From NCBI GenBank assembly GCA_018712145.1, contig DVHJ01000003.1, positions 20,637-84,636 of the forward strand: a DNA stretch of 64,000 nt. Reading direction: 5' to 3'. A program made the position numbers and the translations under genes. Under the pieces are notes generated by a model. The model saw nothing but the letters and a program-made list of their open reading frames with translations. It was not told where the DNA came from and made no database searches. Below are positions 56,287 to 64,000 of this stretch, piece after piece; positions within the stretch are counted from its first letter, which is position 1, and the number at the start of each line of letters is the position of its first letter. The stretch is from Candidatus Faecousia faecigallinarum (GTDB taxonomy: Bacteria; Bacillota; Clostridia; Oscillospirales; Oscillospiraceae).

Positions 56287-58047
56287 TCACATGGTCTCGT
56301 ACAGCTCACTGACCTGAGCCTCTTCGGTGGGAGCGCCCTCCCGCAGGCCGGAGCCATAGGGGAAGGCGATGGAGTCCCCAATGGTCAAGCCTTCCAGCAC
56401 CTGCGTATATCTGCCGTCATAAATGGTCATACCTATCGTAATTTCCCGTTTTTCCAGTTTATCCTCTGTGTTTTTCACATAGACGAAGCTTTTCCCATTT
56501 TCATTTCGGATGAACGCCGAGTCCAAATAGAATCCTCCCGCCTGCGGCTGGGCAGTGGTGTAGGTAATCTCGGCGTAAGTACCTGCCTCCAGATTGGCCG
56601 ACTCGTCAATGGTCACGGTGAAGGGGTAGTAGGACACATTGGGGTTGCCTCCCATGTAGCCGCTATTGGGCACCGGATACTGACTCACTTCCGTCACGAT
56701 GCCCTCGTAGCTCATGCCGGTTTCGTAGTTCATCACCTGCACCGTCTGGCCCAGGGTGACCGAATTCCGGCGCAGCTCGCTCACCGTGCCCTGGAGCAGG
56801 AAGCCGCCGCCGCCGGACACCTTCACCACCGGCTCATTGTTGGCCAGGGCCTCCTCCGGGGACAGGACAGACACCACATAGCCGTCGATTTCGCTGGTAA
56901 CCACCCCGTTGTCAAACTCCTTCTGCATGATCTTCAGCTCCGCCTCGCCCATTTCAATGGTGAATTGCAGCTCTTTAATCTCCGCTTCCTTATCCGCCCG
57001 CATTTGAGCGATCTCGCTGGCGGTATAGCCGCTGTTGTAGTCGATATCCGTGCCGCCGCCGGTGTCCCCGCTGTCGTCGGGAATGGTCACCTCAGTAGCT
57101 GGGAAAAACGTGATGTTATACCGGTTCACCGTTACCGTTGGAGGGGTGGTGGGTTCCGGCTCAGTGGGTTCCGGCTCAGTGGGTTCCGGTTCAGTCGCCC
57201 CGGTCTCCTCTGTTGTCTCTGGCGGATTGGTGTCGCTGGTCGTCCCTTCCTCCGTCTGGGGGGAAGGCTCTTCCGTGGTCACCTCGGTGAGCAGGCTCAG
57301 GGAATAACCGCCGCCACCGGCGGACAGGTTGGCCGCCGCAGTTACCTGTTCAGGTTCTTGCTGAATGTACATGCCAATTCGGCTCTCCACTTCCCCGGAA
57401 GCCCTATCCCCTTCCCGCAGTTCCACTACCAGGTAAATTGAGGTATCGCCGCCCAGCAATTCCTCCATCAGCTGATCGTTAAAGGTGGTATCTTGCTTTG
57501 CCCACACCACTTTCGGGTTGGCCTCGCTGGTGCCGGCGCCGCCCAGCACCCGGTAAGCCTCGTCTTCACCCAAGTCCCCGTCCGGCTGGCTGGTGGTAGG
57601 GGCGGTAGTGGGCCGGGTGGTCGGCCGGGTGGTATAGGAAATCGGCTTCATCCGCCGGATCGCCGCCAGCTGATCCTGGGCGTCCTCCAACCGGAGTTTA
57701 TTCCGCTGGATCTCCAGCTCCTGCCGGTCCAGGGACAGCTGGGACAAGGTAGTGTCATAGGTAATCAAGGCGGTACCCGCAGTCACCCGCTGGCCCTCCT
57801 GGACGTTTACCGCCGTCACCTCCTGGGTAGCAGAGAGGAACACGGTTTGCAAACGGTCGGTGGTCACCATGCCGGAGCTGTAGTTGCTGTCCCCCCAATA
57901 ATCGGTGTAAATCATATTCTCGGTAATATTGTATACATGTACCGGATCGCCGCCCTGCCGGGCAAGGTACACCCCGCCGCCGGCAGCCAGGCCCACCGCC
58001 AGCACCCCGGCAGTGATGGAAATACACAGTTTTTTACCCTTCTTCAT
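56287..58047 (-). CDS. Membrane-fusion (HlyD/RND) adaptor A with Pro/Thr/Glu-rich insert
   Basis: TM anchor, VQEGQRVTAG lipoyl half-motif, coiled-coil hairpin, VTSEIDGYV, beta-barrel and MP domain (KREITIG..VLEGL). Confidence 0.85.
   Translation of the reverse strand: MKKGKKLCISITAGVLAVGLAAGGGVYLARQGGDPVHVYNITENMIYTDYWGDSNYSSGMVTTDRLQTVFLSATQEVTAVNVQEGQRVTAGTALITYDTTLSQLSLDRQELEIQRNKLRLEDAQDQLAAIRRMKPISYTTRPTTRPTTAPTTSQPDGDLGEDEAYRVLGGAGTSEANPKVVWAKQDTTFNDQLMEELLGGDTSIYLVVELREGDRASGEVESRIGMYIQQEPEQVTAAANLSAGGGGYSLSLLTEVTTEEPSPQTEEGTTSDTNPPETTEETGATEPEPTEPEPTEPEPTTPPTVTVNRYNITFFPATEVTIPDDSGDTGGGTDIDYNSGYTASEIAQMRADKEAEIKELQFTIEMGEAELKIMQKEFDNGVVTSEIDGYVVSVLSPEEALANNEPVVKVSGGGGFLLQGTVSELRRNSVTLGQTVQVMNYETGMSYEGIVTEVSQYPVPNSGYMGGNPNVSYYPFTVTIDESANLEAGTYAEITYTTAQPQAGGFYLDSAFIRNENGKSFVYVKNTEDKLEKREITIGMTIYDGRYTQVLEGLTIGDSIAFPYGSGLREGAPTEEAQVSELYETM
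57151..57195. repeat. In-frame 15-bp tandem repeat x3 (TEPEP)
   Basis: GGGTTCCGG(C/T)TCAGT x3. Confidence 0.9.
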
Positions 58048-58828
58048 GGGCGTCGTCCTCCTTTGGCCCCAGCAGCTGGTCCAGGCCAGCCAGAAAATCC
58101 GCCAGATTTTCCTCCGCCCCGCCGGTTTCCGGCGTTTTGGCCTCGGGTTCCCGTGGCTTGTCTCCGTCTCCCAGGCGGCCATCCAGAATATGATAGGTGC
58201 GGTTTGCACAGGCAGCGATGGAGGGCTCGTGGGTGATCATGAGAATGGTCATGCCCCGGTCAGCCAGGCCCCGGAAAATTTCCATTATCTGATGACCTGC
58301 CGCCGTATCCAGAGCACCGGTAGGCTCGTCGGCCAGCAGCAGATCCGGCTTGCCTACCATGGCCCGAGCGATGGCCACCCGCTGGCACTGGCCGCCGGAG
58401 AGCTGGTTGGGGTAAAATTGCAGCCGGTCGGCCAGGCCCACCGCCTCCAGGGCTGCTTTGGCCCGGCTCCGCCGCTCCTTCAAGCTCACCCCGGCATACA
58501 GCAGGGGCAGAGCCACATTGTCCAGGGCGGTCATTTTCGGCAGCAGATAGAAATTCTGGAACACAAAGCCAATGCGCTTGTTCCGAATCTCTGCCAGCTG
58601 GTTGTCCGTGAGGTTAACCACATCCTGGCCCTTGAGCAGGTATGTACCGGAGGTAGGCAGGTCCAGGCAGCCGATTACATTCATCAGGGTAGTTTTGCCA
58701 GAACCGGAGGGGCCCATGATGGCGATATAGTCCCCCTCCTCCACCTGCAGGTTTACATCCTTCAGGACGGGCACCGGCGACTTTCCCCGCATATAGTCCT
58801 TGCAAACGTCCCGCAATTCTAAAATCAT
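58034..58828 (-). CDS. ABC transporter ATP-binding protein (MacB type)
   Basis: [36 protein letters not shown]. Confidence 0.95.
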   Translation of the reverse strand: MILELRDVCKDYMRGKSPVPVLKDVNLQVEEGDYIAIMGPSGSGKTTLMNVIGCLDLPTSGTYLLKGQDVVNLTDNQLAEIRNKRIGFVFQNFYLLPKMTALDNVALPLLYAGVSLKERRSRAKAALEAVGLADRLQFYPNQLSGGQCQRVAIARAMVGKPDLLLADEPTGALDTAAGHQIMEIFRGLADRGMTILMITHEPSIAACANRTYHILDGRLGDGDKPREPEAKTPETGGAEENLADFLAGLDQLLGPKEDDAHEEG

Positions 58829-58832
58829 GGAC

Positions 58833-60263
58833 TTAACCTCCCAGATTGCCGCTGCTGGAAGTTCCGCCGCTACTGGGGGTAGAAAGATTGCCTCCGCTGG
58901 CTGTCCCGGCAGTCTCTACCGGCAGGGTCACGCTGCCAGCTCCGGCAGTTTCCGCCAGGGTATCGTCCTCCGGCGAAGCCTCGGTTTCCCCTGTCTCCGG
59001 CAGAAGGTCGGGCAAAATCTCCCCCTCTGGTAAGGTCTCGCCCTCCGGCAAGGTTTCCCCTTCCGGCAGGGTTTCGCCTTCCAGCGGTGTGGTCTCCGCC
59101 GGGTCCCGGGTGGCCCCGGCGCCCTGGGCACAGTTGCCGTCAGGGAAGGCAATGTAATCCTCCACCGTCAACCCCTCCAGGATTTCATAAGCCATACTTA
59201 GCTCATCATAAGCCCCCAGGGTCACGTACCGCTTCTCCAGCCGGCCTTTGCCATTGTCCGCCCAGACATAGGCAGCCGCCTGGCCGTCTTCTCCCGGCTC
59301 ATCATAGCACAGGTAGTACTCCGGCAGCCACAGGCCCTGGCCGGTAGGGCTGGTTCCGGTGTCCAGCTCCAAGTACACGTGCTGGCCCAGCATCAGGCCC
59401 TCGGCGTTGTCCAGTTCCACGTAAAAGGGATAGCGGCTGGAACTGCTCATTTCGCTGCTGGCAGAATCGCCGTACATCAGGTAGGGCGAGCTGGTAGAAC
59501 CCTGACTGGCATTCTCCAAGTCGATGAGGCTCACCACACCGGTCCAAGTCTGGGATTCATCCGTCCTGGAGATGATGCGCATGGCGGCGCCCACCGTAAC
59601 GGCGCCCATGTTTAACTCGTTGATGGTGCCCTTCACCCGGAAGGCGCCGGTTTGCTGGATCGTAATGTAGGCCTGGGCATTGCCATACTGATCCATGCCG
59701 TCCTCGCTGACGGAAACCACCCGGCCGGAAACGGGAGAAATCACCTCGGCATTGGCCAGGGTGTTTTTGGTCTGGGTAATCTCCCGCTGTTTAACTTTTA
59801 TGTTGTAATCTGTTTCTTTTTTCTCCGCCTCTTTAGACTGAATCTCCACTGTATAACTCAGTTGGTCATCCTTGGAGGCGTTTTTCTGCTCGTTGGTCAG
59901 CTCAGTGATCTGGGTTTGCAGGGTGGAGGACTGGTTTTGCAGCCGCTCCAGCTCCAGCTCCAGCTTATCCACCTCTAGCTCCAGGGCCTCGGAATCGTAG
60001 GCAAAGAGCACATCGCCCTGATTCACGTCCTGCCCCTCAGAGACGTAGAGCATGGAAATGGTGCGGTTAGCATCCCGCTGGATTTCGGTGACGTTCTCCG
60101 AAACCACAATGCCGGAAAACCGGTCGTTCACCGCAATGCTGCCTGCCCCGGTGATCTCCCCCACATTCTGCACATAGGCCGTGGTAGCCGGTTCGCTGTT
60201 GCAGCCCCACAGGCCAGTGAGCGCCCCAGCGCACAGGGCGGCGGCAATCCACTTTTTGTTCAT
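58833..60263 (-). CDS. Membrane-fusion (HlyD/RND) adaptor B, lipoprotein-like N-terminus
   Basis: LWGC lipobox-like sequence, VSEGQDVNQGD, coiled coil, VISPVSGRV, KRYVTLG..ILEGL, acidic tail. Confidence 0.85.
   Translation of the reverse strand: MNKKWIAAALCAGALTGLWGCNSEPATTAYVQNVGEITGAGSIAVNDRFSGIVVSENVTEIQRDANRTISMLYVSEGQDVNQGDVLFAYDSEALELEVDKLELELERLQNQSSTLQTQITELTNEQKNASKDDQLSYTVEIQSKEAEKKETDYNIKVKQREITQTKNTLANAEVISPVSGRVVSVSEDGMDQYGNAQAYITIQQTGAFRVKGTINELNMGAVTVGAAMRIISRTDESQTWTGVVSLIDLENASQGSTSSPYLMYGDSASSEMSSSSRYPFYVELDNAEGLMLGQHVYLELDTGTSPTGQGLWLPEYYLCYDEPGEDGQAAAYVWADNGKGRLEKRYVTLGAYDELSMAYEILEGLTVEDYIAFPDGNCAQGAGATRDPAETTPLEGETLPEGETLPEGETLPEGEILPDLLPETGETEASPEDDTLAETAGAGSVTLPVETAGTASGGNLSTPSSGGTSSSGNLGG
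59016..59082. repeat. In-frame degenerate 18-bp tandem repeat, about 4 copies (GETLPE)
   Basis: Protein LEGETLPEGETLPEGETLPEGEILP. Confidence 0.85.
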
Positions 60264-60293
60264 CGGTACTCCTCCCAGTGTAAATCTAAGAGC

Positions 60294-60322
60294 ATGATAC
60301 CGAACTTTACCCGGAAAGTCAA
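60294..60322 (-). promoter_or_regulatory. Promoter of two-adaptor ABC operon
   Basis: TTGACT-17-TATCAT on minus strand. Confidence 0.65.
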
Positions 60323-60440
60323 CGCCCGGCCATGCTTCATGGTTCTTAATTTTTTGTAACCAGACTGTGAAGGCTGCTAGCCCCAGCGGGGAGAGAAAAA
60401 CCCAAGCTAAACGTACCGGGGTTGTGTAACGCTGCCGCCC

Positions 60441-60893
60441 CTAAAACAGGGCCACCATATCCCGGTGGGTCACCGCCACTGGCAAATCCGCCAATTCCTC
60501 CCGGGAAAACCAGGACAGCTGCCTGGACTCCCGGCTGAGCCGGAGTACCGGGGGGGCCTCCAGCCTAGCCCGGTAGAGAATTACCACCATCCGCCACACG
60601 CTGCCGTCCTGGTAGCTGGCAATCCGCCCAGGTTCATCGAAAACCCGGACCCGTTGAAAGGCCGCCGGGGGCAGACGCAGCCCCGTCTCCTCCCAGAGCT
60701 CCCGGGCAATGGCTTTTTCCTCCGGTTCCCGGCCCTTCACCTTCCCTCCGGGCAGGCCCCACACATCACAGTCCAGCCGCCGCTCCAACAGGAGCTTGTC
60801 CTGCCAGCACAGCAGCACGTTCACCCCCAGATGGGTGGGCCGGTTGGGCTTAGGGGCATTGGGATCGTTCAAGTAATATTGGGCAAAGGCCAT
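60441..60893 (-). CDS. NUDIX hydrolase
   Basis: Complete Nudix box GKVKGREPEEKAIARELWEETGL. Confidence 0.9.
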   Translation of the reverse strand: MAFAQYYLNDPNAPKPNRPTHLGVNVLLCWQDKLLLERRLDCDVWGLPGGKVKGREPEEKAIARELWEETGLRLPPAAFQRVRVFDEPGRIASYQDGSVWRMVVILYRARLEAPPVLRLSRESRQLSWFSREELADLPVAVTHRDMVALF

Positions 60894-60958
60894 GCCTTCC
60901 CCTCCTCTCAGTGAACTTTTTCTATTTTACCACTTTTCCCAACAGAACACAAGAGCAA

Positions 60959-60984
60959 TACCCCAGGGCGTCTGCCCTGGGGTA
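60959..60984 (-). terminator. Terminator after DUF6440-like gene
   Basis: TACCCCAGGGC-GTCT-GCCCTGGGGTA. Confidence 0.6.
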
Positions 60985-60999
60985 CTCCGGATAGTATCC

Positions 61000-61185
61000 T
61001 CACGGCCGGGGCGTCACCACCGGCTTGCCGTCCTTGTCCAGCAGGGGGGTAAATCCCCCGGCATAGCCTTCCATGTGGTACAGGTACTGGACGCCGGTCT
61101 GGGTATCCAACCAAATTTCTGTGGTTTGAAACATACTGCCTTGGGAATAAATTTTGACGAACCGCAGTTCTTCCGCTTTGGCCAT
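61000..61185 (-). CDS. DUF6440-like small protein (61 aa)
   Basis: RF..IY.Q, IWLDTQTGVQYLY, GGFTPLLDKDGKP pattern; SD AAGGAGG. Confidence 0.75.
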   Translation of the reverse strand: MAKAEELRFVKIYSQGSMFQTTEIWLDTQTGVQYLYHMEGYAGGFTPLLDKDGKPVVTPRP

Positions 61186-61235
61186 TTTGTGTTCCTCCTT
61201 GGTCCCTAGGTTGTGATTGATGGGGCAAAGTAACC

Positions 61236-61264
61236 AGGGGAAAGCGGCTGGGCCGCTTTCCCCT
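61236..61264 (-). terminator. Hairpin after alpha-mannosidase
   Basis: AGGGGAAAGCGGC-TGG-GCCGCTTTCCCCT. Confidence 0.65.
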
Positions 61265-61272
61265 GAAGGTGT

Positions 61273-64000
61273 TTATTTCAGCAAAATGGTTTTGATCTCA
61301 AAGGGCTTCATCATGAAGCTGACCTTCCCGTCTGCCACCGGCAGCTCTGTCTGGATTTCCTCCAGCAGATTGGTCTCGTAGGCGTGCTTGACCCCGGCGG
61401 GTAAGGTGAGCGCGGTCTTGGTCCGGGCGTTTTCCGCCTCATACAGCCGCAGTACGGTGCCGTCGCCGTTTTCGGCCTGCTTTACCGTCTCCAAAATCAC
61501 ATTCTTCTGAGCCACGGAAGCAAAGCTGAAGGCATTGCCCGGCTGGCCGCCTTCCACGGCATAGACCGGCTGATTCAGCTTGTAAGCCTCAGCCACGGTA
61601 CCGGCGGTCTTCCAACTGCCGGCGTGGGGCATGAGGGCGTAGGTGAAGGTGTGCACCTCCACATCCGCGTTGGGGTTGGGCTCCACGCCGCACTTGATGA
61701 GGGTCAGGCCAATGACCCCATCCCGGACGGAGTGGCCATACTTGCAGTCGTTGAGCAGGCTCACACCGTAGTTCCCTTCGGAAAAGTCCATCCACTTCTG
61801 GGCGCAGCTCTCAAACCGGGCCTTGTCCCAGCTGGTGTTGGTGTGCACCTTCCGGGTGACGTTGCCGAATTGCACCTCGAAGGTAGCCTCGTCACTGTGG
61901 ATATCTACGGGGAATTCAGCCTTCAGCAGGTGCTGATGCTCTTTCCAGTCTGCCACGGTCTCGAAATCAATGCGGCGGGTATCGGCATAGAAGTGGATTT
62001 TCTGGGTGATGGTGCTGCGGCTGCACCGCCAGGTCAGCGCCAGGGTGGTGCGCACCGGGCCATCCTCCGTCCACTGCATGGACTGAAGGTCGTTCACCGG
62101 CCAGGACTTCTCGGTGTAATACGCATCGATGTCCCAGTTATCGTAATACACCGGCTTGTCCTCATACAGCCGCAACAGGTTGCCCACCTGGCCGGGCTTG
62201 AGCACTTCCCGGTCATTTTCCTTGTCAAAAATGGAAGTAAAGTGGCCGTTTTCATCCAAAGCAATGGTGTAGAACGGGGTATCCAGATGGTAGTCATCCT
62301 TGCGGGTAAAGGGGCTGGCAGCCTCCCCATTGGCCCGGGCCAGAGTCTTATAGCCCTTGGAGGGCAGGTTCCGCAGGTAAGCCAGGGCGCCGCTCTCGGT
62401 CTTCTGGATGGGATAGACATTGCCGCAGCTGTCCTTCAGGGCAGTGGCGTCCACATCCCCCAGGTTCACCAGGTCGTCCCGGTCGAAGCCCAGGGTGTTG
62501 AACACGGTGATTCCGTCGCCTTCCCCGGCCAGACGGTGCAACCGGTCGGCGATAATGCCGGAAACCTCGGCAGCCAGGGCGTCATACTCCGCCTTGGTGA
62601 CCTGGTACACCTCGGCAATGGAACTGCCGGGGAGAATGTCATGGAACTGATTCAAGAGAATGACATCCCGCCACAGACGGGTATCCGCCTCCACCGGGTA
62701 ATCCCCGGACATGACACCCAACAGCTCCATGTCCATCATGAGCATCTCGCTCTTCCGGTTGCCCTTTTTGTTCCGGGCCATGGAGGTGTAGGTGCCCCGG
62801 TGGTACTCGAAGTAGAACTCACCCTCCCAGGTTTCCAGGCGGCGGTTATCCTTCACCCGAGCCTCCAGCTCCTTGAAGTACTCCAGGGAAAAGGCCTGGC
62901 GCACCTTGGGGATGCCCCGGATGCCTTTTTCCATACGCTTGGAGATTTCCAGCATCTGGCGGGTGGGGCCGCCGCCGCCGTCGCCATAGCCGTAGGAAAT
63001 GAGGATATCGTTGTTGATTTCCTTATTCTGATAGCGCTCCCAGCCGCCCATGATGGCATCGGGATGGAGAAGGCCGTTGTAGGTAGTGAAGAAGGACTTT
63101 TTGACATCCTGACCCACGCCCGCAGTAGTAATCAAATGGGTCAGTACCTCAGAGCCGTCAATGCCCCGCCAGATGAAGGTATCGTTGGGAATTTTGTTGA
63201 TCTGGTTCCAGGCCAGCTTGGTGGTCATAAAGTAATCAATGCCGCTTTTCTTCATGATCTGGGGCAGGGCGCCGGAATAGCCGAACACGTCAGGCAGCCA
63301 CAGCACCTTGTTGTCCACGCCGAACTCCTCTTTGAAGAACCGCTTGCCATGGACGAACTGCCGCACCAGGGACTCACCGGAGGTGAGGTTGCAGTCAGCC
63401 TCCAGCCACATGCCGCCCTCCGGCTCCCACCGGCCCTCGGCCACCCGCTCCTTGACCTTGGCATACAACTCGGGGTAGCGCTGCTTCAGGAAGTAGTACA
63501 GCACCGGCTGGCTGGACATGAACTTGTAATTGGGGAACTCGTCCATGAGCTTCAGCACCGTGGCAAAGGAGCGGGCCACCTTCTCCCGGGTCTGGGCCAC
63601 GGTCCACCACCAGGCCACATCGATGTGGGTGTGGCCGATACAGGTGGCGATGACGTCGGCATAGCCGGCCATGTCCTCATAGAGGTGCTTCCGGATATAC
63701 TGGGTAGCATCGGCAATGGAATCATAAAATGCCTGGGAATAGGGCACCCGCATGTCAATGCGGTTGATGGTCTCATTCAGGACAGTTTGCAGGTCCAGAC
63801 GGATTTTGCTGTCCTCGTCCATCCGGGGGAAGGCCCACAGAGGCACCTGAATATCATAGTACAGGTCATGAATTGCCTGATCCAGCACATAGAGGCTGGC
63901 CAGGAACTGGAACTCCCGGTGAAGGGTGCCGGTGTACATCTGCACATCCACGGTGACGGTCTGACCAGCCACAGCCTTCTCAAACAGGAGAACCTCCCGG
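61273..64000 (-). CDS. Glycoside hydrolase family 38 alpha-mannosidase, start beyond right edge
   Basis: GHTHIDVAWWW, GGMWLEAD, WLPDVFGY, YGYGDGGGGP, YFEYHRGTYTS, NQFHDILPGS; frame stays open to 64000. Confidence 0.95.
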   Translation of the reverse strand, partial: REVLLFEKAVAGQTVTVDVQMYTGTLHREFQFLASLYVLDQAIHDLYYDIQVPLWAFPRMDEDSKIRLDLQTVLNETINRIDMRVPYSQAFYDSIADATQYIRKHLYEDMAGYADVIATCIGHTHIDVAWWWTVAQTREKVARSFATVLKLMDEFPNYKFMSSQPVLYYFLKQRYPELYAKVKERVAEGRWEPEGGMWLEADCNLTSGESLVRQFVHGKRFFKEEFGVDNKVLWLPDVFGYSGALPQIMKKSGIDYFMTTKLAWNQINKIPNDTFIWRGIDGSEVLTHLITTAGVGQDVKKSFFTTYNGLLHPDAIMGGWERYQNKEINNDILISYGYGDGGGGPTRQMLEISKRMEKGIRGIPKVRQAFSLEYFKELEARVKDNRRLETWEGEFYFEYHRGTYTSMARNKKGNRKSEMLMMDMELLGVMSGDYPVEADTRLWRDVILLNQFHDILPGSSIAEVYQVTKAEYDALAAEVSGIIADRLHRLAGEGDGITVFNTLGFDRDDLVNLGDVDATALKDSCGNVYPIQKTESGALAYLRNLPSKGYKTLARANGEAASPFTRKDDYHLDTPFYTIALDENGHFTSIFDKENDREVLKPGQVGNLLRLYEDKPVYYDNWDIDAYYTEKSWPVNDLQSMQWTEDGPVRTTLALTWRCSRSTITQKIHFYADTRRIDFETVADWKEHQHLLKAEFPVDIHSDEATFEVQFGNVTRKVHTNTSWDKARFESCAQKWMDFSEGNYGVSLLNDCKYGHSVRDGVIGLTLIKCGVEPNPNADVEVHTFTYALMPHAGSWKTAGTVAEAYKLNQPVYAVEGGQPGNAFSFASVAQKNVILETVKQAENGDGTVLRLYEAENARTKTALTLPAGVKHAYETNLLEEIQTELPVADGKVSFMMKPFEIKTILLK

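Noticed and set aside
57151-59082. CRISPR-like or mobile repeats
   Set aside because: These are short in-frame tandem repeats without spacers, encoding low-complexity linkers; no cas genes present.

Overview
This is 64 kb of core chromosome from a high-GC Firmicute; the gene content resembles gut Clostridia such as Oscillospiraceae (inference). In order it holds: relA/spoT (cut by the left edge), recJ, an htrA-histidine kinase-response regulator operon, a GH28-like enzyme, a rearranged acpP-accBCDA-fabHKDGFZ-MarR fatty-acid operon, a methyltransferase/TIGR04076/mnmA group, tRNA-Val(CAC), a metQNI-type ABC importer, mgtE, a ZMP/ZTP-riboswitch-led pur operon (two purF paralogues, split PurH), DUF4363/DUF421, an XRE-LiaF-like gene, a two-permease FtsX/MacB ABC system, psuK-psuG-traX, dusB, murD-ispD-ispF-2-hydroxyacid dehydrogenase, a MacAB-like exporter with two adaptors, a NUDIX hydrolase, a DUF6440-like protein and a GH38 alpha-mannosidase (cut by the right edge). 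I see no mobile element, prophage or CRISPR array. The most interesting signals are small ORFs missed by the ORF track. One is a Met-rich 34-aa leader peptide with a full protector/antiterminator/terminator layout ahead of the Met transporter, which looks like a ribosome-stalling methionine attenuator in place of an S-box or T-box. The other is a 25-aa leader ORF coupled to an anti-SD switch ahead of mgtE. Also notable are a circularly permuted MetQ and a PurF paralogue lacking the Cys1 nucleophile. All family calls come from motif recognition by eye; no database search or folding computation was run.
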